From Candidatus Woesearchaeota archaeon (GTDB lineage Archaea > Nanobdellota > Nanobdellia > Pacearchaeales > GW2011-AR1), in the NCBI GenBank assembly GCA_964482665.1, contig CAYZYW010000002.1, positions 1 to 53,758 on the forward strand: 53,758 bases of DNA, written 5' to 3'. A program made the position numbers and the translations under genes. Below the pieces are notes generated by a model, which did no database searches, was not told where the DNA came from, and saw only the letters and a list, made by a program, of their open reading frames with translations. This document shows positions 43,673-53,445 of this stretch, piece after piece. Position 1 is the stretch's first letter. Each line of letters starts with the position of its first letter.

Positions 43673-45118
43673 ATGGAAGTTAAAAAAATATCTGAGAATA
43701 TATATGAAGTTTCTAAAGAAGGAAATATGAAAGTTCCTGGAAGGATTTATGCTAGTGAGAAGCTTATGGATTTTATTAAAAAAGATAAAACTTTGACGCA
43801 GGTTTCAAATATTGCGTGTTTACCTGGAATTTTGAAGCATTCTATTGCTTTGGCTGATGCGCATCAGGGTTATGGTTTTTCGATTGGAGGAGTTGCGGCG
43901 TTTGATTTGAATGAGGGTGTAATATCTCCAGGTGGAGTTGGGTATGATATTAATTGTTCAGTTCGGTTATTGAAAACAAATTTGAAAAAAGAAGATATTG
44001 AAAAAAATAAAAATGAAATTTTAGAAAGTCTTTTTAGGAAAATTCCATCAGGTGTTGGTCGAGGTAGTGGGTTTCAAATTACAAAGGATGAGTTAAATAA
44101 ACTTTTGAAAGGCGGGGCGAAGTATATGGTCGAGAAGGGTTATGGAGTTAAAGATGATTATAAAAATACAGAGGCTGAAGGATGTTTGAATTCAGATGTT
44201 TCAAAAGTTTCAGAGCGTGCGATAAAAAGAGGAATTGGTCAAATTGGAACATTGGGTGCGGGGAATCATTTTTTAGAAATTCAATATGTTGATGAAATTT
44301 TTGATAAAGAAAAGGCAAAAGTTTTTGGAATTAAAGAGGGACAAGTTATGATAATGGTTCATTGTGGTTCGCGTGGATTGGGTCATCAGGTTGCTTCAGA
44401 TTATATTAAAAAAATGGAAGTTGAATATGGCTTTGAGGATTTGCCAGATAGGGAATTGATTAATGCTCCGATTAAAAGCGAGTTGGGTAAAGATTATTTT
44501 TTGGCGATGGGGGCTGCTGCGAATTTTGCGTTTGCGAATAAACAATTGATTACGCATTGGATTAGAGAAGATTTGAAATTTAGTTTCCCGGATATTAAAA
44601 TTGATGTTGTTTATGATGTGTGTCATAATATTGCGAAGTTTGAGGATCATTTGCTTGATACCCCCAAGGGGCACGAGAACCTGCAAGCAGGTGGTAAATT
44701 AAAAAAGGTTTTGGTTCATAGAAAGGGGGCGACGAGCAGTTTTGGTTCGGGGAGTAAATATGTTTCAGAAAAATATCGTGAGATTGGTCAGCCTGTTTTG
44801 ATTCCGGGTTCAATGGGTACATCATCGTATTTATTGGTTGGAACAAAGAAGGCAGAAGAATTGACATTCGCATCAACGGTTCATGGTGCGGGTAGAATTC
44901 ATAGTAGGGCAAGTGCAATGAAGTTGAAAACAGGTGAACAGGTTAAAGAAGATTTGTGTTGCAAGGGTATTGAGGTTAGGGCTGGAAGTATGAAAAGTTT
45001 GGCGCAGGAAAGTCCAGAGGCGTATAAGGATATTGATGAAGTTATAAAGACGGTTTGTGATTTAGGTTTAAATAAAAAAGTTGCACGATTGAGGCCTTTG
45101 GGTGTTATCAAAGGTTAA
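43673..45118 (+). CDS. rtcB: RNA-splicing ligase RtcB
   Basis: ADAHQGYGFSIGG, GYDINC, GAGNHFLE, HCGSRGLGHQ, HNIA, and the C-terminal ..GVIKG. Confidence 0.9.
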   Translation: MEVKKISENIYEVSKEGNMKVPGRIYASEKLMDFIKKDKTLTQVSNIACLPGILKHSIALADAHQGYGFSIGGVAAFDLNEGVISPGGVGYDINCSVRLLKTNLKKEDIEKNKNEILESLFRKIPSGVGRGSGFQITKDELNKLLKGGAKYMVEKGYGVKDDYKNTEAEGCLNSDVSKVSERAIKRGIGQIGTLGAGNHFLEIQYVDEIFDKEKAKVFGIKEGQVMIMVHCGSRGLGHQVASDYIKKMEVEYGFEDLPDRELINAPIKSELGKDYFLAMGAAANFAFANKQLITHWIREDLKFSFPDIKIDVVYDVCHNIAKFEDHLLDTPKGHENLQAGGKLKKVLVHRKGATSSFGSGSKYVSEKYREIGQPVLIPGSMGTSSYLLVGTKKAEELTFASTVHGAGRIHSRASAMKLKTGEQVKEDLCCKGIEVRAGSMKSLAQESPEAYKDIDEVIKTVCDLGLNKKVARLRPLGVIKG

Positions 45119-45324
45119 GAAACCCCTGGTTTCTTTATAACTTCCTCACATTCATGCTGGGCAGCATCTTTATTGCACTTTGGGATGCCACATTGGTCCG
45201 TCTAGCGGCCCTTTTGCGTGTGCTGTATAAGTTAGGGTTTTGGAGGTTGGGTAAGAGATGATTGATAAAAGGGAAAGAAATTAATTGGTTTTTGCGGGGT
45301 TGGTAAGAGATGGGTTGAAGAATG
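45115..45324 (+). repeat. GC-rich hairpin element, copy 3 (downstream of rtcB)
   Basis: Aligns to copies 1 and 2. Its TTAA contains the rtcB stop codon. Confidence 0.75.
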
Positions 45325-45337
45325 ATATTGGGTTTTT

Positions 45338-45487
45338 TTATTTTCTTTCATTTATTTTTCGTTTTGAATATTCAATTAAATCTTCGATCGCTGTGAATCC
45401 GGCTTTGATGAATTTTTTTATTAAAACTACAACACTTAATCCTACAAGTCCGATTCCGAATCCTACGATTTTTAATGCGTTTTTCAT
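45338..45487 (-). CDS. possible 49-aa membrane micro-protein (below track cutoff)
   Basis: MKNALKIVGFGIGLVGLSVVVLIKKF... with TATA (gtttattattaa) about 25 nt upstream. Confidence 0.4.
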   Translation of the reverse strand: MKNALKIVGFGIGLVGLSVVVLIKKFIKAGFTAIEDLIEYSKRKINERK

Positions 45488-45533
45488 ATTGGTTTGATGT
45501 TCAGATTAATAATAAACATTTTGCTTAATCGCT

Positions 45534-45546
45534 AAATTTATAAAAG
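45534..45546 (+). promoter_or_regulatory. TATA box (aaatttataaaag) about 25 nt upstream of the ATG at 45566
   Basis: Position and sequence pattern. Confidence 0.45.
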
Positions 45547-45565
45547 CTTTTTCATTGAGTTGTTT

Positions 45566-46486
45566 ATGAGCGTGAAAAAAGTTGTGATTGCATTGGGTCT
45601 TTTTGTATTTTTATTGGGTGGAATTTTTGCGATGGAGTGTGAGATAACTGAGAAAGATTGTGAGGACTTGGGTGAAATAAAAGAATATGTCGAAGTTATG
45701 AGATTATCTTCAGTATCAAATGGTCATGCAGAATATACATATAATACATGCAATGATTTGAAAAATGAAGAATCTTGTTCAGCTATTGATGAAAAATATA
45801 ATTGTGTTTGGAGTGGATTTCTTTTTTTTCCAAAGAAATGTAGAACTAAACCAGGGTATATTCCAATATTAAATGATTATTCACATAAATTATGTTGTTA
45901 TAGTGAGAAAAGTAATACGCGTATCTGCAATGGGAATAATCGTTTGTTAAGTTTATCGAATTATACAAATGCCCATGTTTCATTTGATAAAGTGAATTCT
46001 TATAATGTTGATGTTTGCTTTGGTGTTGGACAGAAATGTGCATTGTTTAAAGAAGATAGAGATCATCCTAATGATGAAATAAAGGTTATAGAAATGAGTT
46101 CATCTACAAATGCTCATGTTGGTGATTATGGTGAAAAATATAAACTTTATTGCAAAGAATATGAATCTAGTGAAGTTGGTCCATGTTTTAATCCAAAAAC
46201 AAGGGATGGATGTTGGGATGTAACAAGTGAAAATTGCACATGGACTCCAAGTCTTTCATATAGTCCAATGATGGCTGAAAGAGATAGGGGAAATTGTTGT
46301 CCGGAAGGAAAAAGGTGGAATGAAGAATATGGCGAATGTCGTGAAACAGAGGAAGAATTGTGTAATCCTATATGGTCACCCGAAAATCAAGGATCAGTAT
46401 CTGAAAGGGATGGTGTTAAGTATTATTGTGCTAAATTTTCGAATGATATAGATTATGGTATTTTAACGCCTGTAACAATATATTAA
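45566..46486 (+). CDS. secreted Cys-rich protein with three S-x-(S/T)N(G/A)H(A/V) repeats
   Basis: Signal peptide MSVKKVVIALGLFVFLLGGIFA, about 24 Cys, and the repeated motif. Confidence 0.6.
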   Translation: MSVKKVVIALGLFVFLLGGIFAMECEITEKDCEDLGEIKEYVEVMRLSSVSNGHAEYTYNTCNDLKNEESCSAIDEKYNCVWSGFLFFPKKCRTKPGYIPILNDYSHKLCCYSEKSNTRICNGNNRLLSLSNYTNAHVSFDKVNSYNVDVCFGVGQKCALFKEDRDHPNDEIKVIEMSSSTNAHVGDYGEKYKLYCKEYESSEVGPCFNPKTRDGCWDVTSENCTWTPSLSYSPMMAERDRGNCCPEGKRWNEEYGECRETEEELCNPIWSPENQGSVSERDGVKYYCAKFSNDIDYGILTPVTIY

Positions 46487-46491
46487 TTTTT

Positions 46492-47610
46492 TTAATTAAT
46501 AATATGTTTTGAATATGCTTCTTCTAGTCCTGTTGATATTTTTGTTCTAGGAGATCGTGAGAAATGTATTTTTGAAAGCATATTATCATAAATTGTCCAG
46601 TCATCGCTGTAATGTGGCTGATTAAAGACACTTATATAATTATTAGATTCACCACTTCCAAATATTGATGCTCCAAGTTCTTGCATTATTGTTCCTTTTG
46701 TGCTAGATGTTTTGAAATTGGAAGATGCAGAATTTATAATTCCATCTGAAAAGTATGATCCATTGCTGGGAGTATTGCTATTATCTAAATGTATTTCTAT
46801 GTGTCCATTTTCAGGTTGCTTGTCCATGGGTGGCAGTTTTTTGAAAATATTTATTTGATAAGATTGATCTTTAGGCAAATTTGCAAAATTAGCGATTTTA
46901 TCTTGAATTATAGATGTTATTTCATCTATTTTTTCTTGACCGATATATTCTCCGCTTTTATGTTCAAGTGTATATATGTCCCAAATTGGTGTCTCTGACC
47001 ATTTTAAAATATAATCATTATAATATAGAATTTCTTTTACGAATTTTTCATATTTTGTTGGAATTAATTTTGCATTTGTTTCTAAATTTTGTTCATCTTC
47101 TACGATTAAAATTCCTGGTATATATGCTAAATGGTCTGTTTTGAAATATTTAATTTCACATTCTCCTTTGTAGATTCCACATTGCTCCCAGTTTCCATTT
47201 TCATCCGTTTGTATATCATTTATTGTAAGACCATAAGGTGGAGAGGTGCTATTGCATAATAATTTTACATTTACATTTTCTAGTGCTTTTTCGTCAATTT
47301 CAGGATCGAATGTTTTTACATTTCCGCTTGCGCAATATGTTGTGGGTGTTTCTGTTTCGATTTCATTTTCAACTTCTGTATTTTCTTCTGCATATTCAGT
47401 TTCATTCTCAATTTCTATAATATCTTTGTCGCCGTCTATTAAAATATCTGTGTCTCCATCAATTGGATTTTCATGTTCTGAATATTCAGCTTTATCCCCA
47501 TCGATAGGATTGTTATTTGTTGGATTATATTCTGATACTGCTCCGCATCCATTTAACAATAAGGTTGTTCCAACTACACCTGTAATTAATATATCCTTTA
47601 AGCTTTTCAT
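46492..47610 (-). CDS. lipobox lipoprotein with acidic NPIDGD repeats
   Basis: LLLNGC lipobox and an Asp/Glu-rich N-terminal region. Confidence 0.6.
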   Translation of the reverse strand: MKSLKDILITGVVGTTLLLNGCGAVSEYNPTNNNPIDGDKAEYSEHENPIDGDTDILIDGDKDIIEIENETEYAEENTEVENEIETETPTTYCASGNVKTFDPEIDEKALENVNVKLLCNSTSPPYGLTINDIQTDENGNWEQCGIYKGECEIKYFKTDHLAYIPGILIVEDEQNLETNAKLIPTKYEKFVKEILYYNDYILKWSETPIWDIYTLEHKSGEYIGQEKIDEITSIIQDKIANFANLPKDQSYQINIFKKLPPMDKQPENGHIEIHLDNSNTPSNGSYFSDGIINSASSNFKTSSTKGTIMQELGASIFGSGESNNYISVFNQPHYSDDWTIYDNMLSKIHFSRSPRTKISTGLEEAYSKHIIN

Positions 47611-47673
47611 GAAATAACTATGTATTAAAACTATTTAAATGTTTTGTTATAGTGTAACTATACAGGGGGGACA

Positions 47674-48393
47674 TTATTGATGATGTTGATTGTAGTTTTT
47701 TGGAAATGGTTTAATAAGTAAGGACATTGATTTGTATATGTTTGATTTTGAATCTATTTTTTCAAAATAAGCTTCTGATGTTGCCCATGCTTCAGTTGGA
47801 TAATCTTCACAATCTCCAGAAAGTCCTGTTAAAACTTGCAGTCCTTTTGTGTCAAGATTATTATGAAATGTTTTTCTTCCTGTTATTAACATGGAATTTT
47901 CTTGAATACATCCATCAACATCAATTTTAAATGTTCCATTTAATGTAAAATTATCTCCAAGACCTTTTATTATATTGCCTCGTCCAGAACCTTGATTTTC
48001 TTTCATTTGAACATTTGCTCCTTGCTGATTGTAAAATTCAAATATTGAATCTATTCCTGATTTATAATTTTCGAATACATCTGTGAATTTTCCAGTTACA
48101 TGATATTTACCTTCGATATTTGGAGGACTTGGTCCATCTACAATTTCAAAATTTGAATCATCTATTGCTTTTTCTGTTGGAGCGTCAAAATTCCATGTTC
48201 CATATTTTGCACCAGATGTGTTATCCTCATTGTTCCCGGTATTACTTCCATTGTTTCCAGTGTTATTATTTCCTGAAGATCCATTACTATATTCTGGTTT
48301 TTTGGAATTTTCTTTTGGATCAAGTGATCCGCAATTTAGTCCAACAGTAGCTAATGCTGTAAATAAAATTATATTCACCAAACTCTTTTTCAT
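47674..48393 (-). CDS. lipobox lipoprotein with Asn/Gly-rich linker
   Basis: VGLNCG lipobox and GNNNTGNNGSNTGNN low complexity. Confidence 0.6.
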   Translation of the reverse strand: MKKSLVNIILFTALATVGLNCGSLDPKENSKKPEYSNGSSGNNNTGNNGSNTGNNEDNTSGAKYGTWNFDAPTEKAIDDSNFEIVDGPSPPNIEGKYHVTGKFTDVFENYKSGIDSIFEFYNQQGANVQMKENQGSGRGNIIKGLGDNFTLNGTFKIDVDGCIQENSMLITGRKTFHNNLDTKGLQVLTGLSGDCEDYPTEAWATSEAYFEKIDSKSNIYKSMSLLIKPFPKNYNQHHQ

Positions 48394-48433
48394 TATTATA
48401 TTAAATCATTATATTATTTAAATGTTTTTACAA

Positions 48434-49795
48434 TTAAGATAAAATTATTTTACTTAATCCCGAAATATAAGGATTTAATTTTCTTTTTGCTTTGGACGAC
48501 GTGTCATAATTTTCTAAAGAAGTAGTTTCCCCTTCTCCGATTGTTAAAATTTTTCCTATATCTTTTACATAGAAATGTTCATATTTTGTACTTGAATTTT
48601 CTCGTCCATTTATTGAAACATCTGAACTTTCTTCGATCAATAAACAATTTCCATAGCATGTTCCTGCTAGAATCTTGTCTTCTATTCCCTTACATTTTAA
48701 TTCACTATTAATCGTACCTGCAAATTCTCCATTTATTGAAACATCTGAATTAGATAAAAATGATTTTCCTTTGTGCATGTTTCCATCCCCCATTTTGACA
48801 TATGGAGTAAATAAAATTTCTTTTTTTTGGTTGGCATTATATACTCCAACTTGATATAGATTGTTTCCTTTAAATCCAAAAAATTCCTTATTTCCACTTT
48901 CATTGTGTTTTACTGATATTACATTTTGTCCATCAATATGTTCTTCGCAGATTTCCATTGTTCCATTGCCGTAATCCCAATTATTGCCGGGCTGAAATGG
49001 GAAAAGTTCTTCTGCTGAATAAGTTTCTCGTGAGTTTAATATTTGCGATATAATAAAAATTGGGACATCATTTACTTCGTATAAGCTAAATTTTTTATCT
49101 TTATTTATTTCTAATCCGGTTAATGGTTTAAATGAATTTATTGCATCTATTATATGATCAGCTACTTCAAGAACACCGCCTATTGAAGAAGTTGCAGCAA
49201 AAGTCCAAGGTGTTACAGGGTTTGGAGTTATGGTTGTTAATGTTAAACTTGTTTTCATTGCCAATGAATTTAAATTTTGAATACTATTAAAAGAATGGTC
49301 ACCTCGATATATTACACCTGGAGTTGTTGAAATTTTTGAAGTATCAAATTCAAGATAATCTTTTCCTAAAAAATTCATAGATACATTTCCCACTTTTTTA
49401 ACATCATCTGAATTTCTGTTTATAAATTTCAATAGAGATTGGAATGGTGTTTTTTTACTTGATGTTCTAATTATTGTTGGCTGATATTTTTTATTTGAAT
49501 CTTCTGCTAAAATCATTCCTCCGGTATTTTGTTTATATTTAATTGCGTCTATATTTAAAACAGGATTTCCAGACTCATCTTCACATGGATAATGTTGACC
49601 ATCTAATGTAATTTTGCCATTTGTTGTAGATGAATTTTGTAAAGTATATTGTGCAGGTTTATAGGGTGGATTATTTAATTGTTGTTTGCTTAATTCATTT
49701 TGAGATAATTCAGGTGCTCCACATGAAATAATTGTTGGACTTGTGATTGATGATATTGCTACCATTTTTAAAAATTCTCTTCTTGTTATCACCAT
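48434..49795 (-). CDS. lipoprotein with twin-arginine-like signal peptide
   Basis: MVITRREFLKMVAISSITSPTIISCG (RREFLK plus lipobox). Confidence 0.6.
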   Translation of the reverse strand: MVITRREFLKMVAISSITSPTIISCGAPELSQNELSKQQLNNPPYKPAQYTLQNSSTTNGKITLDGQHYPCEDESGNPVLNIDAIKYKQNTGGMILAEDSNKKYQPTIIRTSSKKTPFQSLLKFINRNSDDVKKVGNVSMNFLGKDYLEFDTSKISTTPGVIYRGDHSFNSIQNLNSLAMKTSLTLTTITPNPVTPWTFAATSSIGGVLEVADHIIDAINSFKPLTGLEINKDKKFSLYEVNDVPIFIISQILNSRETYSAEELFPFQPGNNWDYGNGTMEICEEHIDGQNVISVKHNESGNKEFFGFKGNNLYQVGVYNANQKKEILFTPYVKMGDGNMHKGKSFLSNSDVSINGEFAGTINSELKCKGIEDKILAGTCYGNCLLIEESSDVSINGRENSSTKYEHFYVKDIGKILTIGEGETTSLENYDTSSKAKRKLNPYISGLSKIILS

Positions 49796-49838
49796 AAATT
49801 TATTTGTTTTTAATATTTAAATAATTATCCATTCAAAA

Positions 49839-49848
49839 ACTTTAAATA
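49839..49848 (+). promoter_or_regulatory. TATA box (actttaaata) about 26 nt upstream of the ATG at 49870
   Basis: Position and sequence pattern. Confidence 0.45.
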
Positions 49849-49869
49849 CATATTAAATTATTTTATAAT

Positions 49870-50802
49870 ATGAAAAAAGAGGTTGTGTTAATTGTATTTA
49901 TGTTGATGACAGTTGGTTTTGTTTATTCTTTAGCGGTTAGTGGTCCGATTAGTGGAGCGGATCCTCAGGATCCATCAATAGAAAATGGTGTTTACATAAA
50001 TAATATAGCTTATTCATGTGACGATGATAAAGATGAAGTTTGTGCAGCATATTATGGAGCAGATTGTACAATTGATCAAATAAATTCAGATGATACATGT
50101 GAGGGAAAAGTGTTTACGCCATTCTGGAGAATTGATGGTAAAAGAACTGATTTGTTAAATTTAGAAATTGGTAATGTGGTTGAAATGTATGTTCCAAATA
50201 TGGGAATATCTCTTGATTTTAAAATTTATTTAGATAAACTTATTAGTGATAAGCATATAAAAACTATACCAGGTGAATTGATTGAAGGACGTGGTTCTGC
50301 ATACTGGACATTAAGTGAAGCAGACGTGACAGAATTAAAAAATGGTGATAAGGTTTATTTTTCAGTTGAAGGTGTTGATGAAAGTGCTCGATTAGAATTA
50401 AAAACATCGTCAACTTTTCTTCCAGACTGTGGAGTTATTTCAACATGTTATAATTATATAAGTATGTCTGATTGTAATCTTAATAGTTGCGAGGTAAAAA
50501 CACCTACTGCTGGTTGTTGGTGGAATGAAACTGCAACGATTAAATGTAGTCCAAAGGGTGAAAATAAATGTAAGTATACAACAATAAAAGAGGGAGATTG
50601 TGAAAATGAGGGGGATGAGATTATATTGAAATATACACCTTTAGATCCTACCTGTCCTGATCTTGAAGATCAAGTTGTTCCATGTATAGATGTTGCAAGA
50701 TTAAGTTTCTTTAGTTTCTTTAGTTTTATTTTAAGTATGAGTTTGATTTCGTTGATATATGTTATTTTAATTTTAAAAAAGAAAAATGGAATTAAAATTT
50801 AA
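49870..50802 (+). CDS. secreted Cys-rich protein with C-terminal TM anchor
   Basis: Signal peptide, Cys clusters, and a C-terminal hydrophobic helix followed by KKKNG. Confidence 0.6.
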   Translation: MKKEVVLIVFMLMTVGFVYSLAVSGPISGADPQDPSIENGVYINNIAYSCDDDKDEVCAAYYGADCTIDQINSDDTCEGKVFTPFWRIDGKRTDLLNLEIGNVVEMYVPNMGISLDFKIYLDKLISDKHIKTIPGELIEGRGSAYWTLSEADVTELKNGDKVYFSVEGVDESARLELKTSSTFLPDCGVISTCYNYISMSDCNLNSCEVKTPTAGCWWNETATIKCSPKGENKCKYTTIKEGDCENEGDEIILKYTPLDPTCPDLEDQVVPCIDVARLSFFSFFSFILSMSLISLIYVILILKKKNGIKI

Positions 50803-53398
50803 ATCTTGTATATTTGTAATGATTTTTTTAATCGTTAGTGTTAGTGCGAGTATTACATTGGGTGATCAAAACTCTAGTTTGCAAACAACATATGGTGTAA
50901 ATGAAAAAGTTAAGGGTTGGGTTAATTTTAGTTTGGAAAATGAGGATGCGAGAAAATTATTTAGTTCAGAAGATGATTCAATTTCATTAATGGATTTATT
51001 GGAGTTAAATGATTTGGAATATTTATGTAATCCTATAACATGTAAGCCTGAATATGAAGCAATAGGAGATTCAAGTGTTGTTAAAAATAAGAACCTGAAT
51101 AATGGAGAAAGCGTTGTTTTTGGAATTGTTTTTGAGGGAGAGGTGATAGACGTTACTTCGGTGAATTTTAATATTACTAGTGATGCTGGAGAGAGTTGTA
51201 ATAATCAAATTTATGTAGACCTTTTTGATGGTTTGTTAAATTATTCTAATGAAAAAATGTCTAATAGTGTATGTTCAACTGAGAAAGATTATAGCTGTTA
51301 TGATTCTTCGAACTCAAATGTTATTCCTATAATTTTGAAAGGAAGTATTTTTTGTCAAAAATTTATTTTTGATAAAAGCCCAGGTGTAAGAGTTGGTGCG
51401 ACTCTTAGTGGGAATGGAAATTCGCAGCCAATGACATTTTCATTATTAGATAAAGATAAGGATAATGTTGGATCTTGTTTAGTAAATGAAAATAGTGGGA
51501 ATATTGATTGCGATATAGATTTTTCAATTGAAACTAAGGATTATTATTATGTTTGTGCCGAGGGAGTCGCAGATACAACATATAAAATTAAAGGTTATCA
51601 AACTGAATTAGGATGTGGCTATATGGAAGGGGATTCGGAATTTGATACAAGTGCATATTCAATTTTTGCACAAGAGATGAAATATGAAAGTATTGGAGAT
51701 ATGGAATTTGATGAAGATGATTTAAGGGATTCTGCTATTTATTATTTGGATCAAAATTATAATAATGATTGTGAGAATGGTTGTACGATTCCAATAAAAG
51801 TTACATCATATATTTCAAATCAAGAGATTGAAATAAAGGATTTAAATATAGAATATCGTGCTGCCTCTATTGGGTCTAAGCCTTCTAGTAATATTTATAT
51901 TTTAGAAGAAGGGTCTGTATTAACAAATATGAACTTTTCATCTGTTTATTTAGATGATGCTAATTTTTCGGTTGGAAATGAATTGGGGTATTTTGATTTT
52001 AATTTAAAATATGATGATAAAAAATTTATTGATGAAAAATTTAGCATAGCTTCGGTTTCAAGTATTAAAGATATTTATCCGAAAAAAAGTCCTGCTGGTT
52101 TTCCAGCTAGATTTATTGCTAATGTTCAGTTGGCTGGAATTAACAATTCAATTACAAAATATGAATGGACTTTTGGAGACAATGAAATAGAAACAACATA
52201 TGATAATTTTGTGTATCATTCATATAATTCATTAGGAACCTTTGAATTATCATTGACAGTCACAGATTCATATGCTAAAACATTTTCACATAAAATTAAT
52301 GTTGTTGCAGAATCCCCTAAGGATAAACTTAATGATACTTTGAAAACTAAGTTAATTGATTTAAAAAATGTTAAGGCTCAAATTGAAACATTTCCAACAT
52401 TTGTTCAAACGGATTTGAATTCATATTTTGATTTTGAAAGTTCGCAGAAAAATTTGACGGCTATTCAATCTTTATTTTTTAAGGGAGGCAATTCAGATGT
52501 ATCATTAATTTCATTAATGATTGATTTAGTTAAATTAAATATTCCGAATTCTGTTAATTTTAGTTTTTCAGTTGAAAATATTCCTTTTTATACATCTAAA
52601 AATAATATTGATCTAGATGTTTTATCAAATATTTCACGCGGTGATTATGGAAACAAAAATTCAGAATATGAAGATGCAATTTTAATTTGGAATCAAGATT
52701 TTACAAGTGTTATTATGGATTTTGTAAAATATTCTGCTGTTTATGACAGGGGTTCTTCAAATATATTAAATAGTTTTGATATTAACGTTGACTCTAGAGA
52801 TAATTTTTATATTTTTATAGAAATGTCTGACATTAATTCAGATTTAGGATTTAAAAAAACAGGTGATTATTTTTATGCCGACGTAGAAGGTTCCGAATCT
52901 TTTTCATTTACAACTAATCCCAATGTTGAGTTTAAGGATCTTCCAATGTTTATTTCTCCAGGGATAAGTGATTTGAATATTGAGGATTTACCAGAGAAAG
53001 AAGAAAAAATTTCTAAATGGGTTATTTTTATTTTAGTGATTGTGTTTTTGATATTGCTTAGTATTGGTGTTTATATTTTTCTTCAAATTTGGTATAAGAA
53101 AAAATATGAATCACATTTATTTCTTAATAAAAATAATCTCTATAATATGATTAATTATGTTAAAAATTCTAAAGATAAAGGAATGGATAATAAAAAAATT
53201 GCTTTGAATTTGAAAAAGAGTGGTTGGAAATCTGAACAGGTTGCATATGTTATGAAAAAATATGGTGGGAAAAGGACAGGAATGGTGGAAATACCTATTG
53301 ATAAAATCACAGGTTTATTTAAGAAAAAGTCAGTTGAGAAAAAAATTGTTCCAAAAAGAGGATTTAATTCTAGATTTCAAAATCGTAGATTGAGATAA
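50786..53398 (+). CDS. large surface protein with PKD domain, C-terminal TM segment and basic cytoplasmic tail
   Basis: Signal peptide, PKD signature KYEWTFGDNE...YHSYNSLGTFELSLTVTD, and TM segment WVIFILVIVFLILLSIGVYIF. Confidence 0.65.
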   Translation: MELKFKSCIFVMIFLIVSVSASITLGDQNSSLQTTYGVNEKVKGWVNFSLENEDARKLFSSEDDSISLMDLLELNDLEYLCNPITCKPEYEAIGDSSVVKNKNLNNGESVVFGIVFEGEVIDVTSVNFNITSDAGESCNNQIYVDLFDGLLNYSNEKMSNSVCSTEKDYSCYDSSNSNVIPIILKGSIFCQKFIFDKSPGVRVGATLSGNGNSQPMTFSLLDKDKDNVGSCLVNENSGNIDCDIDFSIETKDYYYVCAEGVADTTYKIKGYQTELGCGYMEGDSEFDTSAYSIFAQEMKYESIGDMEFDEDDLRDSAIYYLDQNYNNDCENGCTIPIKVTSYISNQEIEIKDLNIEYRAASIGSKPSSNIYILEEGSVLTNMNFSSVYLDDANFSVGNELGYFDFNLKYDDKKFIDEKFSIASVSSIKDIYPKKSPAGFPARFIANVQLAGINNSITKYEWTFGDNEIETTYDNFVYHSYNSLGTFELSLTVTDSYAKTFSHKINVVAESPKDKLNDTLKTKLIDLKNVKAQIETFPTFVQTDLNSYFDFESSQKNLTAIQSLFFKGGNSDVSLISLMIDLVKLNIPNSVNFSFSVENIPFYTSKNNIDLDVLSNISRGDYGNKNSEYEDAILIWNQDFTSVIMDFVKYSAVYDRGSSNILNSFDINVDSRDNFYIFIEMSDINSDLGFKKTGDYFYADVEGSESFSFTTNPNVEFKDLPMFISPGISDLNIEDLPEKEEKISKWVIFILVIVFLILLSIGVYIFLQIWYKKKYESHLFLNKNNLYNMINYVKNSKDKGMDNKKIALNLKKSGWKSEQVAYVMKKYGGKRTGMVEIPIDKITGLFKKKSVEKKIVPKRGFNSRFQNRRLR

Positions 53399-53445
53399 TG
53401 TCTATAGTAGATAAATCTTTATAAAGTTAGAAAATATATTATATT

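Noticed and set aside
45285-45497. 70-aa plus-strand ORF
   Set aside because: It has a non-ATG start inside the tail of repeat copy 3. The minus-strand 49-aa ORF with a properly spaced TATA box explains the region better, and even that call is tentative.
48218-48300. Asn-codon-rich stretch in lipoprotein 47674..48393 considered as a DGR template-like sequence
   Set aside because: It is ordinary Asn/Gly low complexity inside a coding region, with no matching second copy in the window.
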